Positions 37,001-49,980 of a stretch of DNA of 64,000 nt are shown one piece after another; within the stretch, counting starts at the first letter, position 1, and each line of letters starts with the position of its first letter. Source of the DNA: Octopus vulgaris (lineage: Eukaryota); assembly GCA_951406725.2 (NCBI GenBank), contig OX597816.1, positions 149,668,001 to 149,732,000 on the forward strand, given 5' to 3'. Position numbers and translations under genes: made by a program. Below the pieces are notes generated by a model. It was not told the origin of the DNA, searched no databases, and saw only the letters and a list, made by a program, of their open reading frames with translations.

Positions 37001-38080
37001 ATTATTTTAAAGTAGTTTCTCAATGCCTTTCTCAGATCCATAGCAGAATCTCAGCATAAATGTAGCTTGCTTAGGAGATTAAATGCTCTGGCTGCTTACA
37101 GTGATAAACTGTGCCTCTCTATAATACTTATTTATGGAAGAATGGATGATATTTAAACATCTAGGTTAGAGAACAAAGTTCGTGGTTAGTGGCAGAATAT
37201 AGTTTGGCAGAATCATATTGGGAATGGATGATATGGGGTGAGTAACAAAGTATTGTGGGTTTTTGGTGTTAAAAGCTTTCAGTGGAAGTAGATCAAGGAG
37301 GATGAATGATGAATTAGCTGTTTTGAGCTTCACAGATGAAATGATAAAAGATGTTTGGATAGATATTTCTGGCTGAAATCAGCAGTGAAGAAAAAAAAAG
37401 CTTAAATGATGATTATGTGTATGTATACACACATGTACATATATTTGTATATATACATATGTTTGAATGCATGCAAATACACAAGTATAGAAATATATAT
37501 ATACATACATACATATATATATATATATATGCATGGATATATGCAGACATTACATATGTGTGTGTGTGTGTGAAACTAACTTGAAAGTCAGTTGGTTTAT
37601 CTTTAATGTTCAGAAGATATCAAAAGGTGATCAAGAATTGATATTTCCCAGAAAACCCAGCATCTATTCACCAAAGCTATGTGAACTGAGATATTTTACT
37701 ATGAAATATCCTGCCTAGAAACTACAAAATATCTGCATCAGATGGCAACTTTTCAAACCACTAACTGCAACCAACCAAAGAAAGAAAAAAAAAAAAGTGA
37801 AAATTTTTTTCCTGTTTTAGAAGGCAGAAGGTAGAATAGAGTTTGCATTCATCTAATTCTGCCATCTTTATCATGGTATTGAACAAGTTTAAAATTGTCT
37901 TAATTTTATTAAACATGGAAAATTGTCTACCACTTTTTGACCCTCCACAGCCTCCCCTGGTGGATGGCAAGATGCTTCCCACTTACGAGAAACACTGGCT
38001 TAATTTATTATTCTCATGGCCATTCTACCTCTACATACTACTGTGTCCTGATTGGATGCACTTTTATTCACTACAGGTTA

Positions 38081-38326
38081 TTTACACTATTAAAATATGA
38101 AATATTCTACTAATGCTGAACCTGAATTTGTAGTACAGTGTGTTAGACACCAGATTGTTATTAAAATGTAGAGGGAAACAATTTTTTTTTTTTATATTGG
38201 TAGAAGATAAATTTTCAAGAGAAATCCTATAGAGTTTTATATGGTTACACAGAAAATACCTAAAGAACAATTCTGAGCCATTTATTGCTACTTTTTAGCC
38301 TGGGCAAAGCTTAGGTATTCTGCTAG
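38081..38326 (+). mobile_element. Putative non-autonomous Helitron
   Basis: 5' tttacactattaaaa, 3' degenerate hairpin cctgggcaaagcttagg followed by tattctgCTAG. Sits between A38080 and T38327. Confidence 0.5.
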
Positions 38327-38387
38327 TACATATATATTTAGTAATTAACTATGATATAATAGCTAAGATTTATATGTGTGTATGTGT

Positions 38388-38650
38388 AGGTACATGGCTT
38401 TGTAGTTAGGGATATTCAGCTCATGGTCATAAGGTTTGTGAGTTCGATTTCTGGTGGTGTTGTGTGTCCTTGAGCAAGACACTTTATTTCACGTCATCAG
38501 TTTACTCAGCTGGCAAAAATGAGTAATACTTGTATGTCAAAGAGCCAGCCTTGTTACATCCTGTATTGTGCTGAATCTCCCTGAGAACTATGTTAAGGGT
38601 ATGTGTGTCTGTGGAGTACTCAACCACTTGCACGTTAATTTCACAAGCAG
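38388..38650 (+). mobile_element. tRNA-derived SINE
   Basis: A/B-box-like head (tggctttgtagttagg, gagttcgatttc) and gtgtccttgagcaagacacttt. Same family as 24590-24858. Confidence 0.7.
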
Positions 38651-38733
38651 GCTGTATGGTAAGAAGCTTGCTTCCCAACCACATGGTTCTGGGTTCTGTC
38701 TCACTGTATTTCACTTTGGGCAAGTGTCTTCTA

Positions 38734-40040
38734 TCAGGTCATTAAGAATGAAATGTCCAATTTTGAACTGAAAGTTTATTTTATCTCAACAAAAAGCAAT
38801 GCAGTTAATCAAAGTATGCACCTAAATTACCAACACAATTTTGCCATTTTATCAGTAGCTTATTTATGACAGCAGCAAACAATTTTGAAGAACAAGAGTT
38901 GATGAAATAACGAAAGGCTGTTTTTGCATCTTCATCAGATTTGAAGTTTATTCCTTGCAAAAAGTTGTCTAATGCCTAGAAATTGTGATAGTCAGTTGGT
39001 GCAAGATCAGGTGATAGTCAGTTGGTGCAAGATCAGGTGAATATGGTGGATGACAGAGTACTATAGAACTTGCAATTAAACATCTGAGATTGATCAATAG
39101 AGACAGGCTAATTCTCTTGCAAGATAATGCTCAACCACATGTTGCACAAGAAACACTACTCAAATTACAGGAACTGAATTTGAAAGTTCAGTTCCTGTAA
39201 TTTGAGTAGTGTTTCTTGTGCAACATGTGGTTGAGCATTATCTTGCAAGAGAATTAGCCTGTCTCTATTGATCAATCTCAGTTGTTCAATTGCAAGTTCT
39301 ATAGTGGATGACACTAGTGCTGGACCGCCAAACAGATACTATTAGCTTTTATTGGTAAATATTCTTTTTTGGATTGTGTTTTGGCATTTCATCTCTACCC
39401 AACCACCATGCAGAATGCTTTCTATTGTGTAACAATAGGATGCAAAAATGGTCTGCTTTTATGCTGTAACAGTGAAGAACAGCAAGTTTTAAGATGACAT
39501 GTCATTTGATGCCCGTTCAGTTCATGTGGTACCCACTTGTCCAGCTTCTTTACCTTGCCAATTTGTTTCAGATGTTCCTATACAGTTGTAATCGAAACAT
39601 CAAACCTTGCTGCTAACTCACATGTAGTTTGAGTTGTATCCACTTCCACTACAGTTTCCAGCTCATAGTTATCCACCTTGGTCTCAAGTCTACCATGGGG
39701 CTGATTTTCAAGATTAAAGTCACAGACCGGAACTTTTCAAATCATTGACATACAGTGTGCTCATTCACCATATTGTCATCAAAAACCTCATGTTTCGAGC
39801 TGTCTGAGATGCATTGGTTCCATGACGGAATTCATAGTCATAAACAACATGAATTTTTTATCTATCCATGGGTTCACAAAAATTGATTTACGAGAGAAAA
39901 CTCACAATATAATCAGACACAATGAATTGCATTTTGAAAAGTGATGATTTGTAAAACAAAGAATTGTCGAGATAAAACAGAGTTAACAATTGTGAAACTT
40001 AGTGCATAAGAAAATCGGACATTCATTCTTAATGACCTGA
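38734..40040 (-). mobile_element. Mariner transposon (1307 bp, decayed) inserted at a TA inside a SINE
   Basis: TIRs TCAGGTCATTAAGAATGAA at both ends, TA duplication at 38732-38733 and 40041-40042. HPPYSPDLAPTDY and LLQDNAQPH motifs. The flanks rejoin as SINE sequence gggcaagtgtcttcTActatagcc. Confidence 0.93.
39060..39305. repeat. Near-perfect inverted repeat: 119-bp arms, 8-nt spacer
   Basis: 39060-39178 is the reverse complement of 39187-39305 with two mismatches. Confidence 0.97.
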
Positions 40041-40110
40041 TACTATAGCCTCAAGCTGACCAAAGCTTTGTGAGTGGCTTTGGTAGATGGAAACTGAAAG
40101 AAGCCTGTTG

Positions 40111-40141
<31 letters not shown>

Positions 40142-40330
40142 ATGTTTGTGCCTCCACCATCACTTGACAACTGATGTTGGTGTGTTTACGTCTCCATAAC
40201 TTAGTAGTTTGGCAAAAGAGGCCAATAGAATAAGTATTAGGTTTACAAAGAATAAGTCCTGGGGTTGATTTGTTTGACTAAAGGCGGTGCTCCAGCATGG
40301 CTGCCATCAAATGACTGAAACAAGTAAAAG
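40041..40330 (+). mobile_element. 3' part of a tRNA-derived SINE (5' part at ~38650-38733)
   Basis: gaccaaagctttgtgagtgg...gaaagaagcc, internal (TG)n, ends gactgaaacaagtaaaaga. An uninterrupted copy lies at ~42902-43265. Confidence 0.75.
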
Positions 40331-41328
40331 AAAAAAAGAATATATATATATAAAACATCTTTTTTAAATATGGTCTAAAACAGAAGAGAAGAGAGCAGAT
40401 TCCATTATAAAATGTGAACCATGTATCTGTTGTTTGCTTGACAATTGTGTTACAGATTACACAAAATGTGTGGGATTTGTTCTGTTTCCTGTTTTCATTC
40501 ATACATGTATATATCCTGTATAAATGGATGTATAGAAAATAACCATGCTATTAACATATCTCATATGACATTAGGGATGGATGCAACAGTTTTTTTTTTT
40601 ATATTTACAAGTAGTTTATGATAATTTTGCAGATGGTGATTTTGTTTAGTCTCAGCACAGGTTGAAAAAACAAATCTCTTACGTGTAAGTTACAGCTTCG
40701 GTCTTTTCATTGAAAAGAGTTGCCCTATTCAGAACCCACTGTCATTTTGACATCTCTTTTAACTCTCTTCATTTTGCTTTTTTTTTTTTTCAAATGGGCT
40801 TTCATTTTATCAAAATTTAGCCAAAAGAAGAGAGCTCATAACATTTTATTGAGCCAGTACTTAAGATATTTGATATGTTGGTACTGTCTGCTCTTTAAAA
40901 TGTTTACAGTGTGGCTTTACAGGAGTTTTTTTGTTGCTCTCAATGAAACCAACAGCTATCCCTGAAAATGTATAAAATTGTGTATTTCTTGCATAAAAAG
41001 TTGTTCTAATAGTAATTAGCTGCATAGTTGGAATGTTGATAGAGGTTGAAATATAAGTAAGCATAATAATGAAAAATACTGTGTGTTGTTTAGCCCCTGG
41101 TTTAACCTCTATTCAGTAGATCTATGATCAAAAGCTTTCCAGCTATGATCTTCTAATCTTCATTGTACATCTTGGACTACATTATATACTGTGACCCTCT
41201 TTTTATGTAGATTGGATTTGAGGGAGATTTGTCTGCTGTTTCTTGGAGTCTGGTTCCTCATTGCCTTGACAGAATAATTAAAGTATGCAAATCAGATACG
41301 AAAAACTGTTTTATGAAAGGGAACTAAT

Positions 41329-41920
41329 ATCATCATCATTTAACGTCCTCTTTCCATGCTAGCATGGGTTGGACAATTTGACTGGTGAACCAGATGGCTG
41401 CACCAGGCTCCAATCATGATCTGGCAGAGTTTCTATAGCTGGATGCCCTTCCTAACGCCAACCACTCCAAGAGTGTAGTGGGTGCTTTTACCTGCCACCA
41501 GCACAGGGGCCAGTCAGGCAGTACTGGCAATGGCCTCGCTCAAGTGTTTTGTTTACGTGCCACCGGCACAAGTGTCAGTAAGGTGACACTGGTAATGATC
41601 ACACTCGAATGGTTTACGTGCCACAGGCACTGAAGTCAGTTAGCCGCTCTGGCAACGATCACGCTCGGATGGTGCTCTTTGTGCCCCACTAGCACGGATG
41701 CCAGTCATTGAATTTGATTTCAATTTCACTTGCCTCAACAGGTCTTTGCAAGCAGAGTTTAGTGTCCAAAGAAGGAAAGGTATGCATAAGTGGGCTGGTT
41801 ATGCCCCTGGCATAGGCCATGAGGTTATGGTCTCATTTGGCTTGCCAGGTCTTCTCAAGCACAGCATATTTCCAAAAGTCTCAGTCACTAGTCATTTCCT
41901 CAGTGAGGCCTAAAGTTTGA
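41329..41920 (-). mobile_element. RTE-tail repeat copy with extended 3' UTR
   Basis: Same tail family. 41697-41830 is the approximate reverse complement of 59937-60065. Confidence 0.8.
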
Positions 41921-42408
41921 AAATATGAAAGAAACAGCATGGAATTGTCTAAATAAACTTTCACCATCTTTGTAATCTTAGTTTTAGTAGTCTTTTGTTG
42001 ATTTTAATACAATAATATTGATGTTTTCTTTTCAATATGTACATGGAAACACTTATTAGAGAATGGAATAATCAAATATTTTACCATACAATGTTATTGG
42101 CTTATTTCATTACTCCACCACCATCAACAACAACAACAATCACAATGTTAATTGTTCATTTCAATGATCCTAGTGTATAAATGATACTAATTATATTGAC
42201 CCTTAGAAAGATAATAGAAAAAATGAGGTAATTTGTACAATGCATTTCTGTCCTACCACACTCACTCTAACTAAGGATGATGATATTTTTAGAGCAGAAC
42301 TATTATTAAGTATTTACAAGTTTTCTAGAAGCTTTTAGTTTTGATTTGTTGTTTTAAATTTTTCATTGGTGTGTAATTTTTTTCCATTTGTTTATGATTA
42401 CTTTTCAG

Positions 42409-42481
42409 TTCCAATATCAATATAAATGATGTCTTAGGAGATTATGCATTGACCCTTGTTGATGCTTTGGACACACTTGCA
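42409..42481 (+). CDS. EDEM1: EDEM1 coding exon 2 (73 nt)
   Basis: ttttcAG|T TCC...: [24 protein letters not shown], donor GTGAGT. Phase fits exon 1. Missing from the ORF track. Confidence 0.95.
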
Positions 42482-42901
42482 GTGAGTATCCTTATCATAT
42501 GATCTTTACTTTATAGAAGAACCATAGAATTTAGCTGAACTATGTGACAAATAGAAAATTATATATATATGTATGTTTCTTTATTTCCTAATTTGTGTGA
42601 AATATTTTTAGCATGTATATGTGTGTGTATATATATACACACACACACACACACTCTCTCTCTCTCTCTCTCTCTTCATACCTTCAGCTGTTACATCCAC
42701 TCTTTTCAATGTTTAACCCTGCATAATAACTGAAAAAAATATTAAAGCAAAAGAAGCTGCCAACATTAGGCAAGTTACTTGTTAACTCTAAATTTAAAGC
42801 GGTCAGTCATGTTCTATGAAAAACGATGGGAGAGTTTATTCCACAATTCAGCCATTATGGTGGTGGTGGTGGTGGGTGAAGCTTTGTGCGTAGAATTTGC
42901 A

Positions 42902-43265
42902 CAGGCTGTGTGGTAAGAAGCTTGCTTCCTAACCATATGGTTCTGGGTTCAGTCCCACTGTGTGGTGCCTTGGGCAAGCGTCTTCTATATGACCAAAGCC
43001 TTGTGAGTAGATTTAGTTGATGTAAACTGGAAGAAGCCTGTCATTTATATGTGCATGTGTGTGTGTGTGCATGTGCATCATTGTGTCTGTGTTTGTCTCC
43101 CACCATTGCTTAAGAACCAGTGTTGGTGTGTTTATGTCCCCATAACTTAATGTTTTGGGGAAAGTGAATAAGTACCAGGGTCGATTCATTCAACTAAAAA
43201 TTCTTCGAGGCAGTACCTTGCCATGGCTACAGTCAAATGAATGAAACAAGTAAAAGATAAAAGAT
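42902..43265 (+). mobile_element. tRNA-derived SINE
   Basis: gctgtgtggtaagaagcttgcttcc...gggttcagtccc (A/B boxes), internal (TG)n, gaaacaagtaaaagataaaaga tail. Confidence 0.75.
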
Positions 43266-43279
43266 GTCTGTGAGTTGCC

Positions 43280-44030
43280 TTGGATATACTGATATGAATT
43301 ACTAAGTTTAATAAACCAGTTCTGATGGGAATTTCCTAGTTGGGTGCGACCAGGGGAGCTGATCTAAGTATGTATGGGAATAACTGTAGAAAAGGGCCAA
43401 ACTTGCCACACTCCTTTAATGACAGCAACAGGAGTGATGAAAATAGCTCATCACAAACTGGTCTATTCATTTGATTCTGTATTCTATCAAGAGTAGACAA
43501 TACATGTTTGGAGGAACCTGCTCAAAAATGTGAATAGCACTCCACTTTTGGATGGATTGGCTCTTGTAAAAATACAAAAGACTTTCAGGTGTTAGGAACA
43601 TTGTTGAACATCAGAATGAAGCTACTATTTTACTCACTGCTCTGGCCCAAAGATGAGTGAGCCCTATCTCAAATTAAGCTGTGAATTTAAGTGTCTATTG
43701 AAAGGAGGAAACCCTTTCAAAGAAATCATGTTCGTTGAAAAAGGAATAAAATCAGAAATTTCATAATGGTGGTAGGGAAGATATTAGATTGGTCTTAGCA
43801 GTATTAAATGCAACCAGTGATCTGCTTCCCTATTGCACAGTCTCAGGTCAATGGAAAGAGCTACTCCTTGGTGTTTGGCATTCTGAGAGGGGAGACTGTA
43901 AAGTGTAGTTTCATCAACAAATATGTCAACAAAGCTCTAGTAAATTTATCATCTAAATCATTGAGAAGCTGCAGTATGCGTGTGTATGCATATTTCAGTT
44001 GAGTGTCTTTACCATCACTAAGTACCAAGT
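43280..44030 (-). mobile_element. Very degenerate Penelope-like RT remnant
   Basis: Minus-strand traces LLRPI and MFNNVP (compare PLRPI and SLFTNVP). Weak. Confidence 0.3.
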
Positions 44031-44064
44031 TAAAAAGTAGAAGTTCAGTCAAGTAGATTGGAGC

Positions 44065-44066
<2 letters not shown>

Positions 44067-44127
<61 letters not shown>
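44067..44127. repeat. (TG)n microsatellite
   Basis: Direct reading. Confidence 0.95.
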
Positions 44128-44129
<2 letters not shown>

Positions 44130-44868
44130 CAAACATATATCTGTTGGAAATGCAATACTAACATTGTATGAAAGGTAGACCACAGTTAGGTGATGTATGT
44201 AGGAAGGATGACTATACTAGTATTGACATAAAGCAAATGTATTTACCAGTATAGTCACTCTGCATATCTGATTAAATAGATTGCTTCTGAAGCAGCTGAA
44301 TCTAATGAAGGCATACTATAGCTCCCTTTAAGCAAAGAATCCAAGTTTTTTGAAATTCAATTAGATATCCAGCAATATAGTATTCTATTGCCAATGCACC
44401 TCATCTACATCATTCATCAATTAGACTGTAAGCATGTTCTGGCAGATTTCATGGATATCATTTTGTATAATTGTAAAGCAACTGTAGCAGTGCGTGCGCG
44501 CGCACACACACACACACACATACATACACAAACACACAGAGTTATGTTGAACAGGTATGTTATTTCAAAATAAATGAAAAGTTATTAGATTAAAACAAAA
44601 TGTTAATGGGACTTTCCTTTAACTAGTGTAGATAAAAGAATGAATATAATTTTTAAGAGTGCTTCCTCTGCTGAATTGTAGTGCAAGAAAGACATAACTG
44701 ACTTAAATGAACATTGTTTCCTTTTGTACAAGTATACATTGTCATTTGTTAGTTTCTGTATCCAATAATTTTTACATTGCTGCATTTTGATAGAGAATTT
44801 TGTTTGTAATTTACTTTTCACAAACTGTACTTGTTAACAATTTAATATTGACTGCTTTACCATTGCAG

Positions 44869-44972
44869 ATTATGGGGAATAGTAGTGAATTCCAACGTGC
44901 AGTAAAATTGGTTGTAGAGCGTGTATCATTTGACAAGAATAACACTGTCCAAGTGTTTGAGGCAACCATCAG
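44869..44972 (+). CDS. EDEM1: EDEM1 coding exon 3 (104 nt)
   Basis: [35 protein letters not shown], with the GH47 catalytic Glu motif FEATIR. cAG and GTATGT splice sites. Confidence 0.96.
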
Positions 44973-45698
44973 GTATGTTGTCCTAAATTCATATTGTAAG
45001 ATTCGAATTTTCAAAAAATAACAATGTAGATGTGATGTAATTGGATCATGATGTATATTGGCTATGGATGGGGTACATGAGGCAGATTTTTAAATTTGGG
45101 GAGAAGGTATTTAATGTGAGTATTTAGAAGATTAAGCCTATTGCAAGAAATATTTAAGGATTAAGTTCCATAGAAACATTGCTACACACAGCAAAACCAG
45201 TAATGGTCATAAGGTTTATCGTATAAACTGATTTCTACTTAAACAAGTAGGTGTACTATAAGGATTTAGAATTGCAGGGAAGAATAAATGAAATTTTATG
45301 ACTTTAATGTAATTTTCAGGATGATTAGTGATGTATGGTAAATGAAATGAGAATATAAAATCATATTGGAAAAGCTGAAGATTTGCTTAAGGAACTGCAG
45401 AGGTGTGCTTCAGCTGCCTGACAGAAAACAAATTCCTTTTCTACTTTACAGCTGAGTGGTTAATGGTTGTAAGGGTATATAGCTATAAAAACAATTGCCC
45501 AACATTAAAACTATTTGACCCATGTAAGCATCAAAAAATGAAGGTAAAATAGAGAAAAAATGAAATGGCTTGTTACAAGTTGATGTTTGTATTAAAAATT
45601 AAATCACTGGAAAGTATCTCTATATTTAATAAATTTTATTAAATTATCCTGACTGTCTGAACATATCTTCTAACACTATTCTATGATTATATTTGCAG

Positions 45699-45870
45699 AG
45701 TTCTTGGAGCCCTTCTCTCTGCTCATTTGATCATTACTGATCCCCACCAACCATTTGGAAATATGAATTTGTTTGAATACAATGATGAGCTCCTTCATCT
45801 TTCTCATGATCTTGCCTCTCGTCTCCTGCCTGCTTTTCAGGCTACTTCAACTGGTATTCCTTATCCAAGA
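45699..45870 (+). CDS. EDEM1: EDEM1 coding exon 4 (172 nt)
   Basis: [20 protein letters not shown]...[21 protein letters not shown]. cAG and GTAAGT splice sites. Confidence 0.96.
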
Positions 45871-46252
45871 GTAAGTCAACTGTTTACCAATACTTCAGTC
45901 TTTGAAGTTTTATTTGAAGTCTTTAATATGAAGGGAATATGGCGTTAGCATTTTTATATCATAACTTTTAGATTCTCCTTCAATTGATAAAATTGCCTTT
46001 TTGATGAATTTATTAACACTTTCAATTTTAGATTTTTTACACTTTTAATTTTAGGTTTTGATTTCTTTTTCACCTTAATAACAAGAATGTATATAAATAT
46101 AAATGATGATAAAATAAATTTTGTCCTCTCAGTCTCATCATTTGATAGACCTCTTTTTCATTACCCCTTTACTCTGATTAATATAACCAGAGTAAAATAA
46201 AATATAAATCATGTTTTATCAATTTATCTTTTGTTACTTTAATTTTTTATTG

Positions 46253-46333
<81 letters not shown>

Positions 46334-46348
46334 CATACACACACACAC
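46253..46348. repeat. Compound (CT)n(AT)n(AC)n microsatellite
   Basis: Direct reading. Confidence 0.9.
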
Positions 46349-46889
46349 TATATTTCCAGTTTACAGTTCTTTAGGCACTGAAAGTAACCTTAGAAGCATT
46401 TTTTAGTTCTAGCAAACTTTCAATATTAACTGTTCACCTGTCTCAATGTATATCTATTGTACTACATTAAGAAAATCTGCCTCAACAAAATCCATCCAAT
46501 CCCTGCAAGCATGGAAAAGTGGACATCAAATGATGATGATTAACACTTTCATGTGACGTGTCTTTATCATACAATTACAGTCATATAGATGAATATGTTT
46601 CACTACTTTTCTTGTGTTTCCAGACTTTTGAACATGTTTTTACTGCTTAGTTTGAGATGAGGGGACAAAGCTATATCCATTTCATTTCCTTCTAGTCTAA
46701 GATATAAGGATAAATGGGTGTAGTTAATACAGTTAATGTTCACTTTAGGATACTACATATTCCTGGTTGAGGAGAAAGGTGGAAATTCCAAAGTTGTAGG
46801 AATATTTCAATACTTTTAGTATTTACATTTCATTTACATTGTTGTGGAATTGTTTTGTTTTTAATTTTTTTCATATTTTGCTTTTTCAG

Positions 46890-47073
46890 ATAAACTTAAA
46901 GAAAGGTGTTCCTCCTAATTGTTTGAATGAAACATGTACCTCAGGTGCAGGCACACTCCTGCTTGAATTTGGTGTACTCTCACGTCTGTTAGGTGATCCT
47001 GTTTATGAGTCTGTAGCTCGACGAGCTGTTGAATCTCTATGGAAATACAAGTCTAATGTCACTGGATTATTAG
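46890..47073 (+). CDS. EDEM1: EDEM1 coding exon 5 (184 nt)
   Basis: [47 protein letters not shown]...TGLLG. cAG and GTAATT splice sites. Confidence 0.96.
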
Positions 47074-47807
47074 GTAATTATTAACTGCTAAATGACAGGA
47101 AAGGGTTGCATGGATGTGTGTGCCAAACAGACAAAAAAAAAAAGCAAAACGTATCTCTTTTTCTTAAGGGTAATTTTTATACTTATTTTCACTTTAAATA
47201 AGTACATAGGCAATAACAACCATTTGTCTCTTACACAATAAAATCTACATGCTCATTATCAAAAAGTGTCATAAAATATTCACTTTTCTTTGACGATGGC
47301 TGTATCCATGTAAAATGTTTGAAACATCAATTGGTGATATCCATTGTTCTCTAATGAAATATCAATTGATGATGTCTGCCATTTGAGGATTAAGTAACTA
47401 ATTTGAAATTTATATATGACTTGAATCACTATTGGTAAAATAAAAGTAAGACCCCCTTCCATTAACTGAAGTAGAACCTGTTATTGTCATTAAATAATTC
47501 AGATACAAGAGACTTATGCTATGGCAGTAATTGATTGAATGATAGAAGCAACACTCACGTCTTATATGTCTGACATATAAGATGTCAGTTTCGGTTGAAC
47601 TTCAGCTTTTAAACAGTACTATGAGACCATTCAATTTTTATTGTGGGCATGCTGTTTTATTATCTAGGACTCTAAATGTGTAGTCATTATTTTAAAGATT
47701 GTAAAGAGTTTATTGAGGGGAAATTTAACTGCTACATTATGTAGGTAAAGTGACTGCACTGTAATCCTCTCACCAGTTTGGTATACTATACAGTTTGGTA
47801 TATATAT

Positions 47808-48130
47808 ATCATCATCATCATCATCGTTTAATGTCCGCTTTCCATGCTAGCACGGGTTGGACAATTTGACTGAGGACTGGCGAACCAGAAGGCTGCACCA
47901 GGCTCCAATCTTGATCTAGCAGAGTTTCTACAGCTGGATGCCCTTCCTAATGCCAACCACTCTGAGGGCGTAGTGGGTGCTTTTATGTGCCACCGGCACG
48001 AGGGCCAGTCAGTCGGTACTGGCAACAGCCACACTCAAATGGTGTTTTTTTACGTGCCACCTGCACAGGAGCCAATCCAGTGGCACTGGCAACGACCTCG
48101 CTTGAATGTTTTTTTCACATGCCACCAGCA
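47808..48130 (-). mobile_element. RTE-tail repeat copy
   Basis: (cat)n tail followed by the family body. Confidence 0.8.
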
Positions 48131-49980
48131 CCCAGGGAAAAGCACCACTGATGCTATATTTCTCGTAAGACAGCTGCAGGAGAAATACTTAACCAAAGAG
48201 CCAGGGAAAAGCACCATTGATGCTATATTTCTGGTAGGACAGCTGCAGGAGAAATACTTAGCCAAAGATAAACCTCTGTACCTGGCTTTTGTTGACATAT
48301 ATATATATATATAAGCAAGGAAGGAGATAAGACTCTCATTCTGGCTGGCAAATGGCCCTGTTCAATATGTGGAAAAGGAACAGGATGTAATTCCATTTGC
48401 TGCACCAAATGTAAGATTTGGATGCATAAGAGATGCAGTGGAATCTTGGGAAGGTTATCAGATAAGGTCACTTTTGTGTGTGGTAGATGTGCAGGAACAG
48501 TAAGTGTTAAGAGCTCGAGGCACTTAAACTCTCTCAGATGCCCAAGAGGCTCTCTTGTGGTAGTAGATTGGTTCTGCTATTTAGGTAACCAAATTAGTAA
48601 TAGTGGTGGATGATCTGAAAGTATTTTTTTTAGAATAAGAATAGGGTGGAGGAAGTTCTGAGAATTACTACCTCTGTTGACAGAAAAAGGACTTTCTCTC
48701 AGAGTGAAATGTAGATTGTATGATGCTTGTGTGAGAATGGCTATGTTACATGGTAGTGAGACGTAAGTTATGACTGGAGGACATGCGTAGGCTGGAGAGG
48801 AATGAAGGTAGTATGCTTCTGCTCTGTTGGATTTACCACATCAGTGTGCATGACCGATAGAGCACAACTATGTTGAGAGAAAAGTTAAGCACAAGAGGGA
48901 TTAAATGTAGTATACAGGAGAGGAGAATGTGTTGGTTTGGACATATGATGTGTATGAGTGAAGACAGCTGTATACAGAAGTGCCTGTTGCTGAAAGTGGA
49001 TGGCACCTATGGAAGAGGGAGACCTAGGAAGACATGGGATGAAGTGGTAAGGACTGATCTTAAGATGTTGTGAGATATAAAGTTCTAGAGAAGACTCGTC
49101 TACGAAACAGAGTGCTTGAAGAGTTGTGTCCCACCCACTCTACCCTAAGAAACCGAACTACAACTCCTCTGCTAACTGCATCTTTCTCTTCTTTACATTT
49201 CCTCTTCATAAATTATAATAGTTTTCCAATCCCCTTTCTTGCCCTCACTGCCCTGCTTACTGTATCGCTGCTCTCTGCACCCCCAATACTTACACACCTT
49301 ATTTTTTTAACCTTGTTCTACGCTCATATTCTTGTGAGTATACCCTAGCACTACACCATCTTTCTTCTGCTCTCTCTTACACTTTTGCTGTTTTCTACTC
49401 TCTCTCTCTCTATTTCCCTTTGGTCACACTCTCTCTCCTCTTGTTTTTCCTCTGACTCGATAACCAAGTATCTCCTTTACATCAGCACACTTGTTTCTGG
49501 CCCCTCTCTCTCTCTCTCTCTCTTTCTCTTGGTAATCATGTATCTCCTCTATAGCAAAACCCCTATTTCTGCCTCTCTATTTCTCTGTTATGCTCTAATC
49601 TTTCATCATTTGATACTGGATCACCTCCTCTTATGACCCCTCTGTTGTCGCAAGACTCCTGCTTTTGTCTCTTTGTTACACTCTAACCTTTCATCCTTTG
49701 ACACAAGTTCTCTCCTCAAATGCCTTGCTCCTCTCATAATTCCTTGTCTTGTGAGTTATTTGGTTACCTGACAAGTGGTGGTGCCACATTAAAAACATCC
49801 AGTCCACACTGTAACATGGCTGGTGTTTGGAAGAGCATCCAGCTGTAAAAGTCATGTCAAAACTAACCTCACCTATGCTAGTGCCACGTAAAAAGCACTG
49901 AGTCCATTCTACAGAGTTGTTGGTGTTAGGAATGTCCTACCCATGCATGCATGGAAAATGGACATTAAATGATGATGATA
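48131..49980 (+). mobile_element. Decayed, internally deleted RTE LINE with a 69-bp tandem duplication at its 5' end
   Basis: PGKSTTDAIFLVRQLQEKYL present twice, Cys-rich PHD-like segment, RGRPRKTWDEVV C-terminus, CT-rich 3' UTR, (gat)n tail. Confidence 0.85.

Noticed and set aside
47560-47582. Perfect 11-bp-arm palindrome tcttatatgtc-t-gacatataaga
   Set aside because: Short and AT-rich with no supporting context. Could be chance or a repair footprint.
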